Assembly: GCA_035480235.1 (NCBI GenBank)
Contig: DATIHX010000008.1
Location: 26,845-90,844, forward strand
Source: Candidatus Saccharimonadales bacterium
GTDB taxonomy: Bacteria; Patescibacteriota; UBA1384; 2-12-FULL-50-11
Reading direction: 5' to 3'
DNA length: 64,000 nt
Positions 18,486 to 27,093 of this stretch are shown here, piece by piece. The translations under genes were made by a program, and so were the position numbers. Within the stretch, counting starts at the first letter, position 1, and each line of letters begins with the position of its first letter. Below the pieces are notes generated by a model that worked only from the letters and a program-made list of their open reading frames with translations, made no database searches and was not told the origin of the DNA.

Positions 18486-19744
18486 GCAGAATCATCTTAC
18501 ATTTAGACATGAACTCGTACTTCGCCACCATGGAGCAACAGGCCTACCCGAGCTTAAGAGGCAAGCCGGTGGGCGTGGCGGGAAAAGGCCAAAACGAACG
18601 AACGGTCATTACCGGAGCCTCGATTGAGGCGAAAAAGTTTGGTCTGTATTCGGGTATCTCAACCTGGGAAGCCAAGCGGCTATGCCCGGAGCTAATTATT
18701 ATTCCGGCCGATTACGATCGCTATATTTTTACTAGTAAACGGATCTTTAGCCTACTGGAGCGTTTCACGCCCACCGTTGACGTTTTTTCCATTGACGAGT
18801 GCTTCCTAGAGCTACCAAATTCCACCGACTGGGCAACCGCCGAAAAGATGGCTCATCAAATTAAAAAACTGATCCAGACCCAAATAGGGAGCTGGCTAAC
18901 CTGCTCAATCGGCATCTCGTACGGCAAAACTTTGGCTAAGTTAGCCAGCGAGCTGCAAAAACCCGACGGTTTGGTGGTGATTCGGCTGGAGACGTTTGCG
19001 AAAATGGCGGCCGTAACCCCCGTCCAAGAGCTTTGCGGCGTCGGCCACCGTATTCGGCCGCGGTTGAACCAACTGGGTATTACAACTATTAGCGAGTTAG
19101 GCGCCGCGCCGCCAAAAATGCTTATTCAAACATTTGGCAACCATACCGGCAGCTGGCTGCACCGGATCGGTAACGGCCTGGACGATGATATACTGCGATC
19201 GTTCCGCGACTTACCGCAAGAAAAATCGGTGGGCCACTCGTACACGTTGCCGCGCGACGTTAATTCACTGGAAGACGCTAAAAAGGTTTTACTGCTATTA
19301 AGCGAACGGGTGGGCGTTCGGCTGCGCCGTAAAAACCTGATCGGCCGAACAGTTTCGGTCTATATTCGCTTTAACGACCGAACTGGTTGGGGTCAGCGAA
19401 AATGCCAAAAAGAGTTTGTGCTGGACGGCTACCAAATTTACCAAGCCGGTGTTCAACTCATCCAGTATTTGCCGCCCAGCCGGCCGATTCGGCTGGTGGC
19501 GATTACCATTAGCGACTTAGCCAAACAAACCGAAACGACCCGACCATTATTTGAAACCGACCGTCGGCACGAGCAGCTAATTAAAGCCGTTGATCGCGTT
19601 AACAGCCGCTACGGCGAATTCACCGTTCATCGGGCAGTTTTAGCCAAAATCAAATCCCGGATTTTTAACCTGCCGGACGGGCGGGTCAAACGCCTTTACT
19701 TGCCACAAGTGACGGAGGTAAATCCGTTCACCAAACGGATTTAA
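18482..19744 (+). CDS. dinB: DNA polymerase IV (Y family)
   Basis: HLDMNSYFA, SIDE, AKLASE..KPDG motifs. Confidence 0.93.
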   Translation: MSRIILHLDMNSYFATMEQQAYPSLRGKPVGVAGKGQNERTVITGASIEAKKFGLYSGISTWEAKRLCPELIIIPADYDRYIFTSKRIFSLLERFTPTVDVFSIDECFLELPNSTDWATAEKMAHQIKKLIQTQIGSWLTCSIGISYGKTLAKLASELQKPDGLVVIRLETFAKMAAVTPVQELCGVGHRIRPRLNQLGITTISELGAAPPKMLIQTFGNHTGSWLHRIGNGLDDDILRSFRDLPQEKSVGHSYTLPRDVNSLEDAKKVLLLLSERVGVRLRRKNLIGRTVSVYIRFNDRTGWGQRKCQKEFVLDGYQIYQAGVQLIQYLPPSRPIRLVAITISDLAKQTETTRPLFETDRRHEQLIKAVDRVNSRYGEFTVHRAVLAKIKSRIFNLPDGRVKRLYLPQVTEVNPFTKRI

Positions 19745-19815
19745 CGGTTACTTTTGAGGCTAATTTGTTGTATAATCGACCCATCCTGCAAAGGACGCAA
19801 ATTAGGAGCTAAAAA

Positions 19816-20409
19816 GTGATGAGAAACAAAGATTTCCCCCCACTCGTGAGATTCGAACGCATTGTCTGCGCCTTTATCATCCACCCCAGGACCCACCGAG
19901 TTCTAACGGTCCGGATGGATGGGAACGCCAAGCCCCCAAGCAAGCTTTCCAAAGGAACGGAGCGTCACTTACCCGGAGGAAATGTCAAACACAACCAAAC
20001 GCCCGAAGTCGCGATCCGGCACCAACTGTTAGACAAACTCAACATCACGGTGGAAAAAGTGCACGAATTCATGACGATGGTTCGAAGCGGCACGCTCAAA
20101 GATCCTAACGGAGAACCAGTGTTGGGCGGCAAGGTCTTTGTAACGACCTACTGGTACATTATCGAGCCAGCAGAGCAAAGCTTGGCCAACATCCGAGTAA
20201 ATCCAGGGTTTGACTTAATGGTCGAAAGTGAACTTTGGTCCGAGTTTCATCAGCTGATCGATGGCGACTCCGAGCATTGTTTAGGTGCCACCGCCGGTGA
20301 ACGAACGCCCTATTTAGATATCCAGCCTATCTGGCCGTACGGACACTCGTACCAAAAGCACGAAGCCCCTAGGGAACAAATCGGTTTGCAACAAGCCAAA
20401 CACGATTAA
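19816..20409 (+). CDS. Nudix-fold-like protein with degenerate Nudix box (orphan cassette)
   Basis: LPGG.....QT...A.R.. pattern but no REUXEE glutamates; TATAAT, AGGAG, terminator at 20416-20440. Confidence 0.55.
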   Translation: MMRNKDFPPLVRFERIVCAFIIHPRTHRVLTVRMDGNAKPPSKLSKGTERHLPGGNVKHNQTPEVAIRHQLLDKLNITVEKVHEFMTMVRSGTLKDPNGEPVLGGKVFVTTYWYIIEPAEQSLANIRVNPGFDLMVESELWSEFHQLIDGDSEHCLGATAGERTPYLDIQPIWPYGHSYQKHEAPREQIGLQQAKHD

Positions 20410-20453
20410 GTCGCCGACCCGCGCCCTGCGGGTCTTTTTTGTAACTACCACCC

Positions 20454-20482
20454 TTGACACGTTCGGTTTTTGTTCGTAAGTT
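20454..20482 (+). promoter_or_regulatory. lexA promoter with putative LexA box GTTCGGTTTTTGTTCG (20461-20476)
   Basis: TTGACA-17-TAAGTT with the 16-mer filling the spacer. Confidence 0.85.
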
Positions 20483-20506
20483 GGAGATAAGTAAACAAGG
20501 AGGCGC

Positions 20507-21115
20507 ATGCTCACACCCAAACAAAAACAAATTCTCGATTTCATTCAGGCTTTTATCGGTGAACACGATTATGCGCCGAGTTACCGGGAGATCGCTGACC
20601 ATTTCGAGTTTAGTTCGGTGGCGACGGTCGCCGAACACGTGGATAATTTGAAAAATAAAGGCTACCTTTCCAGCGACGAATCTACCTACCGGTCGCTGAA
20701 AGTCACTGGCGTGGAGATCGAGCAGGGCGGCAGTTTCCTAGGCTTCTTAGTGCCGCTAATGGGGACGATCCAAGCCGGTAAGCCGATCGAGGCGGTGCGG
20801 ACCAGCGAAACATTGGAAATTCCCCGCGATATGATGACCAAAAACGTCTTCGCCCTGAAAGTGAAAGGCGACTCGATGATCGAGGACGCCATTATGGAAG
20901 GGGATTACGTTGTCGTTGAGCCGTGCGAGTCGCCCAAAAACGGCGATATTGTGGTAGCGCTGATTAATAAAGACGAGGTGACGTTAAAGCGTTTTTACCG
21001 CGAGAAAGACCACATTCGTTTGCAACCGGCCAACCGCAAATATCAGCCGATTCGCGTCAAAAAGGTGATTATCCAAGGCCGGGTGCGGGGTGTAATCCGA
21101 AAATTTGGCGGCTAA
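20507..21115 (+). CDS. lexA: SOS repressor LexA
   Basis: LTPKQ..IL, PSYREI wHTH, AG cleavage site, GDSM Ser, TLKR Lys. Confidence 0.96.
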   Translation: MLTPKQKQILDFIQAFIGEHDYAPSYREIADHFEFSSVATVAEHVDNLKNKGYLSSDESTYRSLKVTGVEIEQGGSFLGFLVPLMGTIQAGKPIEAVRTSETLEIPRDMMTKNVFALKVKGDSMIEDAIMEGDYVVVEPCESPKNGDIVVALINKDEVTLKRFYREKDHIRLQPANRKYQPIRVKKVIIQGRVRGVIRKFGG

Positions 21116-21123
21116 GCCAAACT

Positions 21124-21290
21124 GGGGAATACGTTTAACCTCCGCCGGTAGGCGGAGGGCTATGAGGATGTATATATCCCCTTATAGTGCAAATGAAACA
21201 CTCCAAGGGGCGCAAGAGCTAGCTAAAGAACATGGTTCTTGCGGCGCACGAGGTTGCAAGGCTCGCGGCAGCACGAGGCTGCTGAACGCT
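21124..21290 (-). ncRNA. Putative multi-hairpin RNA convergent on lexA
   Basis: TTGACA(21325-21320)-17-GATAAT on the minus strand, followed by about five consecutive stems. Confidence 0.4.
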
Positions 21291-21352
21291 GAAAAAATTA
21301 TCTAATAATAATTATATTGTGTCAAGGGCCAGGGCTGTGGTATATGTTAACT

Positions 21353-21601
21353 ATGCCGCGAATCAGCCAACGGAAATTATTCTTATTCGGCCGGTACTCA
21401 TTAGCATTATTACTGCCGAAAAAATGGCTACGCGAACTGGGCATAGAACCGGGCGCGAAGGTGCAATTGGAGTTCGATAAAACCCGCTCACGGATTGTGA
21501 TTCGGTTAAACACCGCCGCCCCCACCAAACCAGCTAAGGGAACCCAAAGCCCGAAAAGACTCGCCAAGGACGCTGGCTGGCAACCCATCCCGCCACTATA
21601 A
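21353..21601 (+). CDS. AbrB/MazE/SpoVT-family DNA-binding protein
   Basis: G.YS..LLLPKKW.RELGI.PG..V pattern. Confidence 0.8.
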   Translation: MPRISQRKLFLFGRYSLALLLPKKWLRELGIEPGAKVQLEFDKTRSRIVIRLNTAAPTKPAKGTQSPKRLAKDAGWQPIPPL

Positions 21602-21652
21602 GTTCTCGGCCAGGGAGCTTGAGAAATATTGCAGCAAAGCTAAGCTGGGTAT

Positions 21653-22198
21653 ATGGCCCGCGATTTTGATTTTGTCCGCCAAAGACCCAACAACCAACCG
21701 GCTGCTCCGAACCAGCCGGTTAAGCCGCTACCGAGAAGCGTCGTCAGCTTACCGCGACCGGGCAAAAAAATATCAGTCTGGATCTGGGTGGTTATCGTTT
21801 TCTTACTGGTGGCCTGGGTGGTGTTCTTTTATTTTCTCTCATTGAAACCGGCCGCGGTCAGCCGAAATACAGCGCCCACGGTTTCGAGTGGCGTGGCAAG
21901 CGGCGGCACGGCCGTTCTGGGCGCCCAGACCACGAACGCCCTGACAATAACGCTTTATAACAGCGGCGCCGGTAGCTTGGCGGTTGACGCTTTAACTCAG
22001 AAACTAAAAACCCAAGGTTACACCACTCAGAACTCGGGCGACTCACAGTTCCAGCTCGATCAAACCTATATCTGGTACCAACCAGCCTATTTGAACGACG
22101 TCCAAAAAATTCAAACACTCCTTGGTAGTAAAAAGGTGGCGTTACGGCCTTACAGCGGCACCGGACCGTACCAAATCCTCATACAGCTTGGTCCGTAA
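21653..22198 (+). CDS. Membrane protein with LytR C-terminal domain
   Basis: Single TM helix; I.LYNSG....A......L...GY, T.I.Y and I.I.LG pattern. Confidence 0.7.
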   Translation: MARDFDFVRQRPNNQPAAPNQPVKPLPRSVVSLPRPGKKISVWIWVVIVFLLVAWVVFFYFLSLKPAAVSRNTAPTVSSGVASGGTAVLGAQTTNALTITLYNSGAGSLAVDALTQKLKTQGYTTQNSGDSQFQLDQTYIWYQPAYLNDVQKIQTLLGSKKVALRPYSGTGPYQILIQLGP

Positions 22199-22250
22199 AA
22201 ACGGCCCTAAAAGTATTGACCACTTTTGTGAGATCTGCTAAAGTGTTTCT

Positions 22251-22492
22251 ATCCAACACGGAAATTGGGCTAACCAATGAAGTGGCGGTGAAACACACAA
22301 GACTCTGGCAATAGCTAGAGCAGGAGCCCTACCAATGTCAACGCACTCCCCGCCTTGCCCGGTCAACGCACATTATTTAGGATTGGTGATTTCGAACGCT
22401 GGCACGATGGCCGGCAACACGGACAAGCACGGTGACGCGACCTGACGGTCGGCGCCCACCCAGCCCTCGGCATCGCCGGGGGCTCCCTTTTT
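22251..22492 (+). other. Stand-alone small transcript (sRNA or 36-aa sORF at 22335-22445)
   Basis: TTGACC-17-TAAAGT promoter, hairpins, AGGAG then ATG, terminator at 22462-22492. Confidence 0.5.
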
Positions 22493-22532
22493 ATATTTGC
22501 CAAATCCAGAATTTCCTTTCATCATAAGTATA

Positions 22533-23045
22533 ATGAATACTTACCCCAATCAGCGTGTTGGCGTCTTTGTGGATGTACAAAATCTCTATTACAGCGCTAA
22601 GGCGATGTACGAAAGTAACGTCCATTTTGGCCGGGTTCTGGAAGCTGCCACCAAAGGCCGACAGCTAATCCGGGCATTTGCCTACGTGATTAAATCGGAA
22701 GCCCCGAAAGAACAGGGCTTTTTTGAGGCTTTGGAAAAAGCCGGCTTCGAAGTCCGGACGAAAGATATCCAGGTTTTTGCCGACGGTCAGAAAAAAGGGG
22801 ACTGGGACGTCGGGATCGCCATCGACGCCGTTAAAACGGCTGATCGCCTCGACGCGGTGGTCCTAGCCACCGGTGACGGCGACTTTATTCCGCTGGTGAC
22901 GTATTTGCGCGAGAACAAAGGCTGCCGGGTGGAAGGCATCTCTTTTGGCCGCAGCACTTCAACAAAACTGATTGAGACGCTGGATTCTTTTACCGACCTC
23001 GACGAAAAAGTTAGCCATTTCGTCTTCCGGTCGCGTCATGCTTAA
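22533..23045 (+). CDS. NYN domain (LabA/DUF88) protein
   Basis: FVDVQN, KGDWDV, TGDGDF motifs. Confidence 0.92.
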   Translation: MNTYPNQRVGVFVDVQNLYYSAKAMYESNVHFGRVLEAATKGRQLIRAFAYVIKSEAPKEQGFFEALEKAGFEVRTKDIQVFADGQKKGDWDVGIAIDAVKTADRLDAVVLATGDGDFIPLVTYLRENKGCRVEGISFGRSTSTKLIETLDSFTDLDEKVSHFVFRSRHA

Positions 23046-23763
23046 ACTTAGTCACGTTTCGGTTAAAAGTGGCTGGAGCGCTGGATTGAACGATATCTCA
23101 CTAACCGCTCAAACGGGGGAAGTTGTCGCGATTATCGGGCCAAACGGCAGTAGTAAATCACTTTTATGCCGAACCATCGCCGACCCGGATATTGGCTTTA
23201 ACGGCCAAATTATTATTAACCATTTTGACGCCCGAAGGGAGCCCGACAAAACCAAACGGCAAGTTGGCTACGCGGCCGCGGAGCGTCAAATGGAGCCGTA
23301 TCTAACCGGCTTTGAGTACCTGGAGTTAATCGGTAGTTTTTGCCAACTGGCGCCTGGCGTCAGAGAGCGGCAGATTTTGACGCTAGCCGAACAATTTGGC
23401 TGTGTCGGCGAACTTTACACCTTAGGTGAGCGCCAAACCCTGGCTCTCAACCAAAAAATCCGCTTAATCGCTTCGCTTTTAGCCGAACCGCCGCTGGTCG
23501 TTTGGGACGAGCCGACTTTATTTTTAGACGAACTCGGCCGACAGCAGGTAATGTTATCCGTCAAAAAACTGGCAAAAAATGGCACGACGGTGGTTATGGC
23601 CACCAACGACGTAGCACTAGCCGAGACTATCGCCGACCGAATTGTGGTAATGATGGGCGGTCAGGTGCTAACCGAAGGAACGGTAGGCCAAATCAATCAA
23701 CTGGCTGGCACGCCGCGCCGCGATTTGGCAGCCGCCTTTCGGCATTTAACTGCTCATGATTGA
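23038..23763 (+). CDS. ABC transporter ATP-binding protein (atypical motifs)
   Basis: GPNGSSKS, WDEPT..LD; signature and H-loop altered. Confidence 0.8.
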   Translation: MLKLSHVSVKSGWSAGLNDISLTAQTGEVVAIIGPNGSSKSLLCRTIADPDIGFNGQIIINHFDARREPDKTKRQVGYAAAERQMEPYLTGFEYLELIGSFCQLAPGVRERQILTLAEQFGCVGELYTLGERQTLALNQKIRLIASLLAEPPLVVWDEPTLFLDELGRQQVMLSVKKLAKNGTTVVMATNDVALAETIADRIVVMMGGQVLTEGTVGQINQLAGTPRRDLAAAFRHLTAHD

Positions 23764-25162
23764 CTGGCAGCTGATTAGTTGGCCGGTCAAACGGTGGTTG
23801 CGGCACACACCCCAAGTTAGCGAAGCTGGCTGGTGGCTGACGGTAATCATCAGCGTTACCTACGTCATTACCTGCGATGTTTTTTACCGGTTGGGCTTCC
23901 AGCAGCCCAGTTTACTCGAAATAACGGTCGGCTTTTTTTTAGTTCTTGGTTACGCTCTTGGGCTTTGGCTTGGTTACAGCCGCGTGCTCGGCCAACGGCC
24001 GAACCAGTGGCGGTTAGTTAATCGAATTAATTGGGCCTACCGAGAAATGCTGCCGGGTCTGATAATTTTCCTCCTGGTGGCCGGCGCCACGCTCAACAGC
24101 TTCCTAGCCGGAGCTCAAATTGCCGCCGGCCGCAGCGACGGGTTAATTTTCGTCCAAAACTTTGGGCTCTTGGCCGCCGTGGCCGGCACCGTTATTTTTG
24201 GCAGCTCACTTTCGGTGATAATTAAGGCGATCAGCCGCTCGGGAGTGGTCCGGTTAGCGACCTTAGCCCTGGTAATCTATGCCTCAATTCAGCTAGCCAC
24301 TTGGTTACGGCTACCGCTTAGCGCCTTGGTCAACAGCTTGACGGCGGCCGACTCGAATCAGATTACGCTATCGGTCGTCGGCCTGATCGGATGGTTTGGC
24401 TTGACTGTAGCGATTAGCGAACTGATTTTGCCACACTGGCCGATTAACCCCAAACCAGCCCGCCAATTTATCGCCACCCGCCTGCCAACCAAGGGTCTAG
24501 GTGGCTTTGGGCCGGGCACGGCCATCTTCAGCGCCGAAATTATTCGTTTTCTGCGCAGCAGCCGCTTGTTGCGGCGGTTTATTTTAGCGGTAGCAATTGT
24601 AGTTGCTGGCCTGGTGACATTAAACTTGTTTAGCCACATTTACCCGCAAAATGCCGAACAGCTCTTTATTACCTTGCTGGCTCTGACGATTGGTTGGCTA
24701 ATGGCCCTGATCGGCCAAGATAGCGGTTGGGCGGCAGCCGAACGGATCCAGCAGTACCGAATGTGGCCAGTCGGTTCCCGGAAAATTTTAACGGCGGTTT
24801 TCGCTAGTGGGGTCGCTGTTGCCGTCATCGTGTCGGCAGTTTTGATTGAATTATTCGCTGCTGGCGCTGCCCCGATCAGCCAACTCTTTCTACTAACTGA
24901 AATAGCTTTACTGGTTTACGGCGCGGCGTTTGTTGCCGGTCGGGCCGGTCACCAGCTCGTTAAAACCACTGACGACTCGTGGCTTGGCGAAATCGCCACC
25001 GGAGCGCTGGCCCTGCTAGTGATGATTTTCGGCGCAATTGCCCTATTTTTCTTTGGCATTGTGGTGCCAAGCCTGACCGCCTTAGTGGTAGCGGCTTGGG
25101 CTGGCGGCGTCGTGCTAATTTTTGAGCGATTACGCCGGCGAAACGAAAGCAATAGCCGATGA
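23756..25162 (+). CDS. Polytopic membrane protein, probable ABC permease
   Basis: About 12 hydrophobic segments; overlaps the ABC ATPase gene. Confidence 0.75.
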   Translation: MIDWQLISWPVKRWLRHTPQVSEAGWWLTVIISVTYVITCDVFYRLGFQQPSLLEITVGFFLVLGYALGLWLGYSRVLGQRPNQWRLVNRINWAYREMLPGLIIFLLVAGATLNSFLAGAQIAAGRSDGLIFVQNFGLLAAVAGTVIFGSSLSVIIKAISRSGVVRLATLALVIYASIQLATWLRLPLSALVNSLTAADSNQITLSVVGLIGWFGLTVAISELILPHWPINPKPARQFIATRLPTKGLGGFGPGTAIFSAEIIRFLRSSRLLRRFILAVAIVVAGLVTLNLFSHIYPQNAEQLFITLLALTIGWLMALIGQDSGWAAAERIQQYRMWPVGSRKILTAVFASGVAVAVIVSAVLIELFAAGAAPISQLFLLTEIALLVYGAAFVAGRAGHQLVKTTDDSWLGEIATGALALLVMIFGAIALFFFGIVVPSLTALVVAAWAGGVVLIFERLRRRNESNSR

Positions 25163-25275
25163 AGCCGGTCCGGGAACACGAAACCTATGGCAGGCGGTTG
25201 CTACGCCGGCTAATTATTGCTGGGCTGATTCTTTTTATTGTCTTGAGTTCTTTGTTACTCTTTATACCAAAATGA
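25159..25275 (+). CDS. 38-aa single-pass membrane protein (not in ORF track)
   Basis: MKPVREHETYGRRLLRRLIIAGLILFIVLSSLLLFIPK; ATGA overlaps at both ends. Confidence 0.7.
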   Translation: MKPVREHETYGRRLLRRLIIAGLILFIVLSSLLLFIPK

Positions 25276-26633
25276 ACCCAATCAGCATTCCCAATTGGCT
25301 AAAAACTTTGGCCGAACAATTTCAAGCCAAAGGCCGGCAATTTTACATCGTTGGTGGGGCGATTCGCGACGGCTTGCTCGAACGAGAAATTAACGAATGG
25401 GACGCCGCTACTGACGCCAAACCAGCCGAAATCGCCACTATTTTACGCGCCGCCGGCTGTCGGCAGATCGGCACCATCGGCGCCAAATTCGGCACAATCA
25501 CCGCCACTTTTGAGAACGAAACACTGGAAGTCACTACTTTCCGCACCGACCAATACCAAGCAGACTCTCGGGCACCGGCCGTCCAGTTTGGCAGTTCACT
25601 TTTAGACGATTTAGAGCGACGCGATTTTACCGTCAACGCGATCGCTTTCAACCCTTTGAACAACGCCCTTCATGATCCGTTCCACGGTCAGACCGATTTG
25701 AAAGCCAAGATTATCCGAGCCGTTAATGAACCAAAAAAGCGTTTTGAAGAAGACCCCTTGCGGATGCTCCGGGCCATTCGCTTAGCTGTTCAACTTGATT
25801 TCACGATTGAAAAGGAAACGTTAGTAGCGATCGAAAAAGAAAAAGAGCGAATGGGCATTTTATCTGCCGAGCGAATCGCCCAAGAATTCAATAAAATCTT
25901 GTTAAGCGAAAAGCCGAGCCAGGGGCTCGAACTGATTGTTGAAAGCGGCCTCATTAGCTACGTTTTACCGGAATTAATCCCGTCAATTGATCTGGAATTT
26001 GACCCGGGGGAACATAAAGACATTTATCACCATATCTTACAGGTACTTGATAATACCCCGCCGCGCTTGGAGCTACGCTGGTGCGCCCTACTCCACGACA
26101 TCGCCAAGCCGCTGACCCGCAAGAAAATCGGCGGCGAGTACCACTTTTTAGGCCACGAAGTGGTTGGCGCTCGGTTAGCCAAAACGATTCTCCGCCGGTT
26201 GAAATACTCCAACGAGTTCGTCGATTACGTTAGTAAGTTGGTTTACTTGCACCAGCGCATCCCGAACGATCAAGGCAACTGGACCGACGGTGCCGTCCGC
26301 CGGTTTGTCCGCGACGCCGGCGAGGCGCTACAAGACCTATTCACCTTCGCCGAAGCTGACTCGACCGGTAAAAACGAGCGTAAATTAGCCAAATATCGCG
26401 CTGGTCGCGACGAATTGAAGAACCGGATCGAAGTGCTCGAGAAAGAGGCGGAGATCGCTAAAATCAAAAGCCCACTGTCTGGCGAAGAATTAATGAAGCT
26501 GTTTCACCGCCCAGCCGGACCATGGATCAAACCGATTAAAGAAAAACTGCTAGCGCTAGTGCTCGACGGCGAGCTGAGCGAAAAAGATAAAACCAAAGCC
26601 GAAGAAATTGCCCGAACAATCGTCAAAAACTAA
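25272..26633 (+). CDS. cca: CCA tRNA nucleotidyltransferase with HD domain
   Basis: VGGAIRD, RRDFTVNA, EDPLRMLRA, LLHDIAK motifs. Confidence 0.92.
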   Translation: MNPISIPNWLKTLAEQFQAKGRQFYIVGGAIRDGLLEREINEWDAATDAKPAEIATILRAAGCRQIGTIGAKFGTITATFENETLEVTTFRTDQYQADSRAPAVQFGSSLLDDLERRDFTVNAIAFNPLNNALHDPFHGQTDLKAKIIRAVNEPKKRFEEDPLRMLRAIRLAVQLDFTIEKETLVAIEKEKERMGILSAERIAQEFNKILLSEKPSQGLELIVESGLISYVLPELIPSIDLEFDPGEHKDIYHHILQVLDNTPPRLELRWCALLHDIAKPLTRKKIGGEYHFLGHEVVGARLAKTILRRLKYSNEFVDYVSKLVYLHQRIPNDQGNWTDGAVRRFVRDAGEALQDLFTFAEADSTGKNERKLAKYRAGRDELKNRIEVLEKEAEIAKIKSPLSGEELMKLFHRPAGPWIKPIKEKLLALVLDGELSEKDKTKAEEIARTIVKN

Positions 26634-26657
26634 AAAACCGCCGAATGGCGGTCGGGG

Positions 26658-27053
26658 TCAGGCAGCTTGGAGGCTCGGTAACTTCAATCCCATCTCCCGA
26701 AGGATGCTTTTCAGCCGAATGATTGGGTAGCTCTCCGCTCTCCCAACCGGTGGGTGAAAACAGACGCAGTTGAGTGACCGCATTTGCACGTCGCGGTACA
26801 CTTTCATCGGTTTATGGTTAGTCAGCGACGCTGGTGAGTAAATTTCGACCGCCTCAACCTGGTCGAGATACTCCTGATAGCAATCATGATCGGCGATAAT
26901 GAGAATATAGCGCCCTTCTTCGCGAACTGTCGAACGGGCAGCTAGGCCCGGCACCAACAGGTCCGGCTCAAAGACGATGATCAGTATTTTTCGTTCCATC
27001 ATAAGGTGCTCCGATATATCCAAAATTCTAGCATAAAATTGTTTAGTTGTCAC
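26658..27053 (-). CDS. Hypothetical protein
   Basis: Fills the gap between cca and the DUF3048 gene; terminator at 26632-26652; start uncertain. Confidence 0.55.
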   Translation of the reverse strand: MTTKQFYARILDISEHLMMERKILIIVFEPDLLVPGLAARSTVREEGRYILIIADHDCYQEYLDQVEAVEIYSPASLTNHKPMKVYRDVQMRSLNCVCFHPPVGRAESYPIIRLKSILREMGLKLPSLQAA

Positions 27054-27093
27054 GACTTGGCAGACGCAATAATCGCGGTTAAGCTAATTAAAG

